The notes below the pieces were generated by a model that was not told where the DNA came from, ran no database searches, and worked only from the letters and a program-made list of their open reading frames with translations. This document shows positions 1 through 9,400 of a stretch of DNA of 64,000 nucleotides, in pieces; position 1 is the stretch's first letter, and every line of letters begins with the position of its first letter. The stretch is from a virus. The translations under genes were made by a program, and so were the position numbers. The stretch covers positions 7,355 to 71,354 of IMG/VR virus record IMGVR_UViG_3300022752_000056; one strand, written 5' to 3'.

Positions 1-2
1 AT

Positions 3-722
3 AATCCATTAAGTATTAATGAAGATTATTTTTTCCCACAGACAGCAGAAGGACGTGGTAGTAAAGTAGAAGTATTACCAGGAGGTACAAATTTAGGAGA
101 AATAGATGATCTCAAATATTTTACCAATAAGTTGTTCCGTGCTTTACGCATACCTAGCAGCTACTTACCAACAGGCCCTGATGACGGAGGAAGCAATTTT
201 AATGACGGACGAGTTGGCACAGCCTATATACAAGAACTTAGATTTAACAAATATTGTGAACGATTACAATCCTTAATGAATGAACAGTTTGACAATGAAT
301 TTAAAGCATATCTTTATAATAAAGGTATTAATGTAGATTCAAATATTTTTGAAATAAAATTTAATCCTCCACAGAACTTTGCCAGCTACAGACAGGCAGA
401 AATGGATGGAGTTAGAATGAACGTGTTTTCTAATATATCACAAGTTCCATTCTTATCTAAGAGATTTGCCTTAAAAAGATTTCTTGGTCTAACAGCTGAG
501 GAAATGGCAGAAAATGAAAAGCTATGGAAAGAAGAAAATATTGACGAAGATATTGACTTATCTGCCAACGCAGAACTTAGAGGTGCTGGTATAACCGCGG
601 CAGGTATGTCAGCAGATATGAGTGCAATAGGGGGAGGTACAACTCCTACTACTCCACCAGAAGGTGCTGCTTCAGGAGCAGCACCGGGGTTATCTCCTGC
701 AGAAACACAACCACCAGCATAA
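3..722 (+). CDS. g20: Portal protein (T4 gp20-like), C-terminal part; the gene starts upstream of the window
   Basis: The frame is open from base 3: NPLSINEDYFFPQTAEGRGSKVEVLPGGTNLGEIDDLKYFTNKLFRALRIPSS. This matches the gp20 motif EDYWLPRREGGRGTEI.TLPGG.NLGE..D..YF..KL..AL.VP, and the gene lies directly upstream of the head genes. Confidence 0.93.
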   Translation, partial: NPLSINEDYFFPQTAEGRGSKVEVLPGGTNLGEIDDLKYFTNKLFRALRIPSSYLPTGPDDGGSNFNDGRVGTAYIQELRFNKYCERLQSLMNEQFDNEFKAYLYNKGINVDSNIFEIKFNPPQNFASYRQAEMDGVRMNVFSNISQVPFLSKRFALKRFLGLTAEEMAENEKLWKEENIDEDIDLSANAELRGAGITAAGMSADMSAIGGGTTPTTPPEGAASGAAPGLSPAETQPPA

Positions 723-730
723 ATATTTCT

Positions 731-979
731 ATGTTTTTAAGAGAGTTTATATATTTTGATAGAAAAAATGTAGAGATGCAGGATAATCTACGTTATGAAT
801 CTGATAGAGATAGCGGAGTCATGTATCCTGATGATCTAAGAAAACATAGTAGATTAACACTTAAAACTATAAATGGAATAAGAAAAGCGGGTGAATCTAG
901 AGTAAAAGAGCGTAGAGAAGATTTAGTTTTAGTTCGTAAGATGTATGCTGCACCTCCCGCAGAAGCAGCTCCGCCATAA
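731..979 (+). CDS. Small head-module protein, function unknown
   Basis: 82 aa between portal and scaffold genes; TAAATA box at 720-725. Confidence 0.7.
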   Translation: MFLREFIYFDRKNVEMQDNLRYESDRDSGVMYPDDLRKHSRLTLKTINGIRKAGESRVKERREDLVLVRKMYAAPPAEAAPP

Positions 980-1130
980 AATCTTTATCTTTTTTGTAAA
1001 AAATAGGTAAGATTCACACACATTAGGTCATAAAACAGACCGTTTTTGGCCTATTTCGCTTGTCCTTTTAAAAACCCTAGTAAATATATCACAATGCCTT
1101 GCCGCGAACCAATTAAGGAGATAACCCGCA

Positions 1131-2114
1131 ATGACCAAGTTTGAACAATTATTGGACTATATTGTAAACGAAGAGCATGAAAAAGCTAATGAGTTATTTC
1201 ATGAAATCGTTGTAGAAAAGTCAAGAGAAATTTACGAGAATCTAATTGCCGAAGAAGAGCAAGAAGATGATGAAGATGATGAATCTGCTGATGATAATGT
1301 AGATGAATCTGCTGATGAGGACATGGAAGAATCTGCTGATGAGGGCATGGAAGAATCTGATTATGAAGACATGGAAGAATCTGATGATATGGATTTAGAA
1401 GATTCTTATATGATGGACGGAGATGACGAAGACGATAGCATGTCAGAACCAAGTGGTTTAGAAAAAACAGACGATCTAGAAAGCGATATTGAAAGTAGTG
1501 ATGAAGAAGTAGAATTTAGTGTAAGAGACGCTATTGAAAAACTTCAAGATGCCCTAGCTGCCCTAGGTGCTGAACCAGAAGGATCATCCGATATGGGCGA
1601 TGACATGGGTGATATGGGCGATGATATGCCTAAAGAAGATGACATGATGGGCGTGCCAGCTTTTGAAGGACGTCGTATGACACGCGAATATCGTGAGAAA
1701 GTAGGTAATGATTGGGAAAAGAACAGTCAAAAAACTCAAGGGCAACATGCCGGGGCAGGAACAGGTGATAAAGATACCAATGCTACAGATGGAAAAAGTG
1801 TAGTTGCTAGTGGTGCAAATAAACCAGGACCAGCAGGTGTAAATGGTAAGAACCTACACCAAAGTTATGTTGAACCTCAACATAATACAGGAACAAGTCC
1901 TAACAAAGTAAACAATGGCGTAACACCAAGCAGTGGAGAAAAGTATAGTAAGGGCGAAGTTAATGTTGACGGGAAACAATCTGGTGTGAAATCACTGAGT
2001 AAAGTAAGTCAAAATAGCAAATCAGCAGGTCCAGTAGGTTCCGGATCTGGCGATAAAGCTGGACAAACAAGTATAGGTAATCAAAAATCTTTATTAAAAG
2101 GTTTTACTAAGTAA
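1131..2114 (+). CDS. Acidic prohead core/scaffold-like protein
   Basis: D/E-rich N-half with repeated x-x-E-S sites, AAGGAG SD, TAAATA at 1081-1086, and position just before the prohead protease, like T4 gp67/68. Confidence 0.7.
   Translation: MTKFEQLLDYIVNEEHEKANELFHEIVVEKSREIYENLIAEEEQEDDEDDESADDNVDESADEDMEESADEGMEESDYEDMEESDDMDLEDSYMMDGDDEDDSMSEPSGLEKTDDLESDIESSDEEVEFSVRDAIEKLQDALAALGAEPEGSSDMGDDMGDMGDDMPKEDDMMGVPAFEGRRMTREYREKVGNDWEKNSQKTQGQHAGAGTGDKDTNATDGKSVVASGANKPGPAGVNGKNLHQSYVEPQHNTGTSPNKVNNGVTPSSGEKYSKGEVNVDGKQSGVKSLSKVSQNSKSAGPVGSGSGDKAGQTSIGNQKSLLKGFTK
1278..1407 (+). repeat. Imperfect 24-bp tandem repeat (GAAGAATCTGCTGATGAGGACATG-like, about 5 copies) encoding EESADEDM
   Basis: Directly visible: DESADDNV DESADEDM EESADEGM EESDYEDM EESDDMDL. 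Confidence 0.85.
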
Positions 2115-2127
2115 TTAGAGTGTTTGG

Positions 2128-2757
2128 ATGAAATTAACTTATCTAAAAGAAACACTATCCTTTGATCAGGCTCAAGCAGTGCTTGAGTCTGATGATAAGG
2201 ACGGAAAAAATCTTTATCTAAAAGGTATAGCGATTCAGGGAGGCATTCGTAATGCCAACCAGCGTGTCTATCCTGTAGATGAAATTGAACGTGCAGTAAA
2301 AACGCTAAATGATCAAATTCAAAATGGTTATAGTGTATTAGGTGAAGTTGATCATCCTGATGATTTAAAAGTAAACTTGGATCGAGTCTCACATATGATT
2401 ACTAATATGTGGATGGAAGGTCCTAACGGATATGGTAAGTTTAAAATCTTACCAACCCCAATGGGCAACTTAATTCGCACAATGCTTGAAAGCGGTGTAA
2501 AACTTGGCGTCAGTTCTAGAGGCAGCGGCAACGTTGACGATATGAGTGGCAAAGTATCCGATTTTGAGATTATTACTGTGGATATAGTTGCACAACCAAG
2601 CGCACCTGGTGCTTACCCAACTCCTGTTTATGAGCATTTGATGAACAGCAGAGGAGGAAATAAAGCATATAAGGTAGCACAAGAAGTAAAAGAAGATCCA
2701 AAGGCCCAGAAATATTTGAAGGAATCACTTCTTCAGATCATCAAAGGTCTAAAATAA
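2128..2757 (+). CDS. g21: Prohead protease (T4 gp21-like)
   Basis: NANQRVYP, LGEVDHP, RVSH, ILPTPMG, LGVSSRGSG and DIVAQPSAPGAY motifs. Confidence 0.95.
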   Translation: MKLTYLKETLSFDQAQAVLESDDKDGKNLYLKGIAIQGGIRNANQRVYPVDEIERAVKTLNDQIQNGYSVLGEVDHPDDLKVNLDRVSHMITNMWMEGPNGYGKFKILPTPMGNLIRTMLESGVKLGVSSRGSGNVDDMSGKVSDFEIITVDIVAQPSAPGAYPTPVYEHLMNSRGGNKAYKVAQEVKEDPKAQKYLKESLLQIIKGLK

Positions 2758-2775
2758 GCCCGAGGAGAAAAACTA

Positions 2776-3861
2776 ATGTTGGACGCATTCAAAAAGTTAG
2801 TCGAGAGTGGAGTGATTTCAGAAGATGTAGGGTCTGAACTTGAATCCGCATTGGCTGCTAAAATTCAAGAGAATCGCGACCAAGTAACCGCTGAACTTCG
2901 TGAAGAATTTGCTCAGAAGTATAACCATGATAAAAGTCTAATGGTTGAAGCAATTGACAAGATGTTAAGCGATAGATTGGCCGCAGAAATGGCCGAATTG
3001 TATGAAGACAAAAAATCTCTAGCAGAAGCAAAATTACAATACACACAACGTATCAGTGAAGATGCTAAAAAACTAGAAGGTTTTGTAATCAGTCAATTAG
3101 GTAAAGAGTTAGTTGAGTTTCAAAATGATCGTCGTAGAGTAAGTGAGAATTTTAGTAAACTAGAGCAATTTGTTGTACATGCTTTAGCCAAAGAAATTCA
3201 AGAATTCGCTACAGACAAGAAAGATTTGGCTGAAACAAAAGTAAAAATTGTTCGTGAAGCTAAAGAAAAATTTGAAGAGATCAAAGGTGCATTTATAAAG
3301 CGTAGTGCCAAGGTTGTAGAACAGGCTGTTGCTAAGAAATTAACAACAGAAATTAGCCAGTTAAAAGAAGATATTAACAATGCTAAAAACAATGATTTTG
3401 GTCGTCGTTTATATGAAGCTTTTGCTCAAGAATATGCTAGTTCATTCCTCAATGAAAAATCTGAAACAGCTAAACTGTTAAAGATCATTCAAAAGAAAGA
3501 TTTAGAATTAGCAGAAGCCAAAAATGCTATTGCAGAAAAAGAAACAATCGTTGAATCTACCCAACGCGAAATTCGTGTTACGAAAGATTTAATGGAACGT
3601 AAACAAGTAATGGCAGAACTTTTATCACCACTTAGTGGTGACAAGAGAGTAGTAATGCAAGAATTACTTGAGAGTATTCATACTCCTAAGTTAAGAACTG
3701 CATTTGACAAATACCTACCCGCAGTAATGGAAGGCGAAAAGAAAAAAGTAGAAAAACCTACTTTAATAGAAAGTACTGCTGTAACAGGCAATCGTGAAAC
3801 CAAGCCCGAGGTAGGCTTAGACAATATCTTAGATATCCGCAAACTTGCGGGTCTAAAATAA
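2776..3861 (+). CDS. g22: Prohead core scaffolding protein (gp22-like)
   Basis: Long helical E/K-rich protein between protease and capsid genes; GAGGAG SD. Confidence 0.8.
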   Translation: MLDAFKKLVESGVISEDVGSELESALAAKIQENRDQVTAELREEFAQKYNHDKSLMVEAIDKMLSDRLAAEMAELYEDKKSLAEAKLQYTQRISEDAKKLEGFVISQLGKELVEFQNDRRRVSENFSKLEQFVVHALAKEIQEFATDKKDLAETKVKIVREAKEKFEEIKGAFIKRSAKVVEQAVAKKLTTEISQLKEDINNAKNNDFGRRLYEAFAQEYASSFLNEKSETAKLLKIIQKKDLELAEAKNAIAEKETIVESTQREIRVTKDLMERKQVMAELLSPLSGDKRVVMQELLESIHTPKLRTAFDKYLPAVMEGEKKKVEKPTLIESTAVTGNRETKPEVGLDNILDIRKLAGLK

Positions 3862-3880
3862 TTCAAGGAGACAATAAGAA

Positions 3881-5062
3881 ATGTCAAAACTTTTAAATGA
3901 AAGATGGTCAGAGACCAAAGACGCTCTGCTTGAAGGCCTACAAGGTAACCGTCGTGCTTCTATGGGCGTATGCTTAGAGAATACACGTCGTTACTTGGCA
4001 GAAGCCGCAACAGCAGGTGCAACAAGCACTGGTAACATTGCAACATTAAATCGTGTAATTCTTCCAGTAATCCGTCGTGTTATGCCTACAGTTATTGCCA
4101 ATGAAATCATCGGTGTTCAACCAATGACAGGTCCAGTAGCTCAAATTCATACACTACGTGTTCGTTATGCTGATGCAGTTGCTTCAGGTGACACAGTTGT
4201 AGCAGGTGAAGAGGCTCTAAGCCCATTCAAGATTGCTCAAGCATATTCTGGTAATAATGCTTCTAACGGTACAGCAGCAATTACAAGTGCTTTAGAAGGT
4301 TTACCAGGTAAGCGTATGAGCATTCAAATCTTAAAGACACCAGTAGAAGCTAAGTCACGTAAACTAAGCGCTCGCTGGACATTTGAGGCTGCACAAGATG
4401 CACAAGCCCAACAAGGCATTGACATCGAAGCAGAAATCATGGCTGCTCTAGCACAGGAAATTACTGCTGAGATCGATCAAGAGATCCTAACAAGTCTACG
4501 TTCATTAGCAAGTGTTGAAGAAACATATGACCAATCATTAGTTTCTGGTACAGCAACATTCGTTGGTGACGAGCACGCTGCTCTAGCAATTCAAATCAAT
4601 CGTGTAAGCAACTTAATTGCTCAGCGTACACGTCGTGGTTCTGCTAACTGGGCAGTTGTTTCTAACCAGGCTCTAACAATTCTACAGAGCGCAACAACTT
4701 CTGCTTTTGCTCGCACAACAGAAGGCACGTTTGAAGCTCCAACAAATACCAAGTTTGTTGGTACACTAAATGGTGCAATGCGTGTTTATGTAGATGCATA
4801 CATGAGTGATACAAACGATAACAACCAGGTCCTAATTGGTTATAAGGGTACAAGCGAAGCTGATGCTGCTGCTTTCTATTGCCCATATATTCCTCTAATG
4901 AGTTCTGGTGTTGTACTAGATCCAGCTACTTTTGAACCAGTAGTTGGCTTTATGACACGTTATGGTTATGTTGAACTAAGCAATACAGCAAGCTCACTAG
5001 GTAATGCTGCTGACTACCTAGGTAAAGTTGCAATTACATCTGCTAACGTAAGCTTCAAATAA
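3881..5062 (+). CDS. g23: Major capsid protein (gp23-like)
   Basis: GVQPMTGP, AKSRKLSARWTFEAAQD, EITAEIDQE, FYCPYIPL and GFMTRYG motifs; strongly biased codon usage. Confidence 0.97.
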   Translation: MSKLLNERWSETKDALLEGLQGNRRASMGVCLENTRRYLAEAATAGATSTGNIATLNRVILPVIRRVMPTVIANEIIGVQPMTGPVAQIHTLRVRYADAVASGDTVVAGEEALSPFKIAQAYSGNNASNGTAAITSALEGLPGKRMSIQILKTPVEAKSRKLSARWTFEAAQDAQAQQGIDIEAEIMAALAQEITAEIDQEILTSLRSLASVEETYDQSLVSGTATFVGDEHAALAIQINRVSNLIAQRTRRGSANWAVVSNQALTILQSATTSAFARTTEGTFEAPTNTKFVGTLNGAMRVYVDAYMSDTNDNNQVLIGYKGTSEADAAAFYCPYIPLMSSGVVLDPATFEPVVGFMTRYGYVELSNTASSLGNAADYLGKVAITSANVSFK

Positions 5063-5089
5063 TTTTGTAGTTACGTACAGAAATAAATT

Positions 5090-5114
5090 AGCCCGAAGCA
5101 ATTCGGGCTTTTTT
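5090..5114 (+). terminator. Intrinsic terminator after the major capsid gene
   Basis: AGCCCGAA-GCAA-TTCGGGCT followed by a T-run. Confidence 0.9.
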
Positions 5115-5125
5115 ACCACTTCAAA

Positions 5126-5203
5126 TAAATAATGAGTCTAGACAAATTATGCGGCTCCCACCGCGTATGACCCTAGAACGGTCAAAGGAAAAGGAGAAAA
5201 CAA
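5126..5203 (+). promoter_or_regulatory. Late promoter box plus structured 5' leader (two hairpins, possible pseudoknot)
   Basis: TAAATA 5126-5131; TATGCGG/CCGCGTA stem; TGACC/GGTCA stem whose loop CTAGA is complementary to TCTAG at 5137-5141; AAGGAG SD follows. Confidence 0.65.
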
Positions 5204-5872
5204 ATGGGACGTCCGATTAAATCAAAATATTTTGGGCTTAGAAAGGGACTTGACGTAGCAGGAGAAGGCGTTACAGCGGTAACTATTGGTGTAACACCTG
5301 TGTCTACATTATCAGTTTCTGTTGTTATTGGAGCACCAGATATTCCAGGTGGTACACAAGCTACAGCTACGGCAAATAAAACTGGTAATAACGTTACAAG
5401 TGTAACAATGACTAACAATGGTTCTGGTTATTTAAATATCCCAAGTGTTAGTTTTACTGGTACTAACATGACCACACAAGGTTCTGCAACAGCTACAATT
5501 AGTATTAACACAGTTAGTGCAATTATTGTTTGCCAAGCCTATGTACCTACTGCTGCTGGCGGAACAAGTGCTGCAACAGGAGATATTTTGGAACAGGTAG
5601 CAAGTAAATCTTACAGAGTACAAACCAGCCAAGGAACAGGTACATGTAGATTAGTTTCAACGACAACAGCGTTAAGCGCAGGACAATTACGTATTAAAGC
5701 CACTGACGCTAATGGAAGCACTTACTTCGTTAAGAAAATGACCAGCCGTCGTGTTATACTTGAAAGATCTACCCAAACAGGTAGCTTTTTATATCTGACC
5801 AACGGTAGCGCAGGTTGGAATTTAACCGCTGCTAACACAGCAAGTCAAACAGTATTAATTGATAACAGATAA
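5204..5872 (+). CDS. Virion structural protein (head decoration/accessory candidate)
   Basis: T/S/G/A-rich beta-strand composition with TNNGSGY..P motif; strong SD, own late promoter and terminator; next to the capsid gene. Confidence 0.7.
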   Translation: MGRPIKSKYFGLRKGLDVAGEGVTAVTIGVTPVSTLSVSVVIGAPDIPGGTQATATANKTGNNVTSVTMTNNGSGYLNIPSVSFTGTNMTTQGSATATISINTVSAIIVCQAYVPTAAGGTSAATGDILEQVASKSYRVQTSQGTGTCRLVSTTTALSAGQLRIKATDANGSTYFVKKMTSRRVILERSTQTGSFLYLTNGSAGWNLTAANTASQTVLIDNR

Positions 5873-5895
5873 TATCTGTGTTTATTAGTATTCGG

Positions 5896-5920
5896 ATAGG
5901 GGACTTGTTCCCCTATTTTT
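5896..5920 (+). terminator. Intrinsic terminator
   Basis: ATAGGGGA-CTTGT-TCCCCTAT followed by TTTT. Confidence 0.85.
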
Positions 5921-5938
5921 ATAGATAAATATTAAATT

Positions 5939-6463
5939 ATGAGTTCATCTTGGGCATTTCCTACTCAAATTACGCAATTTTCTGAAAATGATTTTGAAAA
6001 TATACATGTTCCATGGCAAGAAGCTGATAATTTCTTTAGTTTAAAACACAACGACGGTAGGAATACTAGAACAGTAAAAGATCTTTTACATATTGCTAGA
6101 GATCCTAAACCTGGTCTACTAGATAAAACTTATTATCTTAAATGTACCGGATTCAATTTTACTGATACTCCTGAACACCTTACAGGTATTCAATTAAGAT
6201 TAAAGGTTAATAGAGGAGGTCGAATTACAGATGATACTATTCAATTTACAATAAATGACAATTTTATAGGCGATAATAAAGCAGATAACAATTGCGATAA
6301 TATAAAACTCTATGGAGACGAAAACGATCTATGGGGAACTCAACTAGGAATTAATGATGTTATGAGTACTGCGTTTGGAGTAATACTTAGATTTAAAAGC
6401 CATCCTAAATATCCGCATAGAACAAGTCCGTTTATTGACACGGTTGAGTTAAGGATTTATTAA
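5939..6463 (+). CDS. Hypothetical late protein
   Basis: 174-aa ORF with TAAATA 7 nt before the ATG. Confidence 0.7.
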   Translation: MSSSWAFPTQITQFSENDFENIHVPWQEADNFFSLKHNDGRNTRTVKDLLHIARDPKPGLLDKTYYLKCTGFNFTDTPEHLTGIQLRLKVNRGGRITDDTIQFTINDNFIGDNKADNNCDNIKLYGDENDLWGTQLGINDVMSTAFGVILRFKSHPKYPHRTSPFIDTVELRIY

Positions 6464-6491
6464 AAAAATAAATACATTCGAGGATCAATAA

Positions 6492-9400
6492 ATGGCCAAG
6501 ACTTTTTATTCAAACACCCCAACTGGTTATACTGGAGCTACTCCAGTTTCATCAACTGCATCGTCATCTACATTTGTAACAGACATTTCAGAAAATTATT
6601 TTTTAAATGTTAAAAAAGTTGCCACTGTAAAAGCTAATGATTTAATTATCACTGCTATTACAAATACAAATATTTTAACAGGACAGCGTAATGTAATCAA
6701 TGTTCAAGAAAATAATTTTCAGAATGAAATTAATCAAATTACAGGAAAAGTTGAATCTTTTATTGGTAATAATGTAGATATTATAGTAGGAGGTGTAGGC
6801 ACATATCAATATGCAAATGGATATGGAGTAAATGTATTAGGTGATGCTTCATTTACTGTAACTAACAGAATAAATTTATTGAGTACCTTAGGTGTAACCG
6901 TAGGTAGTAGTACAAACACAGAAGTAAAATTTATAGGCAGAGTGATAGAAGACTTTTTACCTAAATATGATAATACATCATCTTTAGGCAATGCCAGTTT
7001 AGCCTGGAGCACGGTAACCACATACGACCTAGACTCATTAGGTTCAGCCAATGTAGATAACCCTTTCGGAATAACTTATAATCCTGCCAATAGATTTGGT
7101 ATGGAACAAGGATACACATTAAATCAAACCATTGATCAAAGAAAAGCGGGTGCTGCTTACTTTGCTGGCGGTGTAGGTATAGAGAAGGACCTTAATGTAG
7201 GCGGCAATATCTATGGTAGGATTTCATTCGCTATAACCAGTACCAACTTAATTATAACTGCCACGAACGCAGATATAGAATACTCGCCTGTATTTTCTTT
7301 AAGCACAGGTCAACAGTACCTATTCATAGATCAAGAAGCATATTTTAGTCCTGCTCAAAATTTGCAAGGTTTAAAATACAATCCACAGTATGGAAGATTA
7401 AGAGTAGAACGTGTTAATGTAATAAAAACTGATCCTGCTGACTTAGAACAAAACGATTTAGATTATGAAACAGAAGGCAACGGCCTTAATAGTAATCCCG
7501 GTAGAGCTGCACTTAAAGTTGCCGGTGGTGTTATTATACAAAATAATTTAATTGTTCAAAATAAAACAACCGTTACAGATTTGACCATAGCTGACAATCT
7601 AACAGCAGCTCTTAGAGTAAACGGCGGCGTTAGTGTAGGATTAAATGCTTATGTAAAAGATGAATTAGAATCCGACGAGCTAGTACCGCATTCAAATAAC
7701 ACTGGAAAAATTGGTTTCTACGATTCCTCTACCTCTACAAGAGCATGGAGTGAAGGATATATAAATGAGATTTATACTAGAATTATAGGAAGTAGTTCTA
7801 GTACAATTGAAATTCGTCCAGGCAATCTACAAGAACCGATTCCTCAAAATCCTTTAACTGAAATATACGGAAATATCAGAGTTCGTGGTGCAAATCCTGT
7901 AGGTACAGCACCAGTTGTAACTAATGTTCTGTATGTTACAGTAGACGGGAATGATACAAATGACGGTAGAGCACAGGATCCAAGTCGAGCATGTAGAACA
8001 ATTGGTGGTGCTGTACGTAGTCCATATTATCAATCAGGCACCCAAATCAAAGTCAGCGCAGGTTTTTATTTAGAAGATAATCCTATTAGATTGAAACCAT
8101 ATACTTCTATTATGGGAAGTGATATTCGTACAACTTTTATTGAACCTATCAATAAAACTCAAGATTTATTTCATGTAGAAAGTGGATGTTATATTGCGTT
8201 TTGCACATTCTTAAATGGACGAAGCGGGTTGTTAGAAGGTGATTATGCTAGCGAATTTAACAGAGGTGCTTATTGTACAGCATTTCCTCCTTTAACGGGT
8301 GAAGATCGTATAGATCTTTTTCACAGTCCATATATTCAAAATTGTACTAATCAATCAGGTCCGTGGTTGAAAGATGGTACAATGTTCGTACCTAATCAAA
8401 CTGTTCAAATTCCTAGAGCGGTAGGCACAGGAACCTGGGTTAAAAATACTACAACTATAGTGGTAAAAGTTTCAACCGGTACTATTTCGCCAGGTATGAG
8501 TATTAATGCAGGACAACAAAATCCAGGGTTCTTTAACGCAAGAACATTAATGCTTGCGAATAAGCCCTTTATACAAGAACAAGTAGTAGCTTATGTAGAT
8601 AAGACATTTAATACAGGAACTTTTACTTACAATGCAACAAAGTGTAAAAGAGACATAGGATTAATTGTAGATAGTATAGGCCTTGATCTACTTTATAACA
8701 CAGAAAGTGACAGTAGATTTTCTGGATTACAATATTATGGTCAAGGTAATATTAGTTTTCCAGGTGAACTTACTACAACTACTCAGGCATTTTCTTATTT
8801 AGGTCAACTAATTAGAAACACAGCGGTATCTGTAAGTGGCTTTGTTGCATATGGTACCATAATAGATACCTTGTTTTCTACTTTAACAAATATTTTATCA
8901 AATCCTAGTGCGTTGAATAATATTACAGATAAAATAGTTAACAGTAATAACGGTCTTCCATCAAATACTGCTTCATATGTTACAACTTATAACGGAATCT
9001 TAGCTAATAGAGAAACATATAAAACTCAAGTTATCAGTTGGATACAGACAAATCATCCAGCACATGTTTATAACTCTAGTACCTGTGCCAGAGATGTTGG
9101 GTATGTAGTAGATAGTGTGGCCTTTGACTTTTTACACGGCGGTACAAAGCAGACAATTAAATCTGGGATTTATTACTATAACTATGTCAGCACAGCTACA
9201 ACAACAAATGATATTCCACAAACATTCGCCGCGTACAATTATATTAAGAGATTGGTTCCTTATATTGTAAAAGGACAACAGGTATTACCTAGCACGTTGT
9301 ATCAAAACACAATTTCTCAAGTTACCGCTGTTTTGAAGGCAGGTGAGTACGAAGCAGAACAATTACAAAATAGAATAGATGTTATCACAGGAATTTTAAG

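Noticed and set aside
1087-1130. SD-sequestering structure in the leader of the core protein gene
   Set aside because: Only 4-5 bp of possible pairing (CCTT/AAGG); too weak to support without comparative data.
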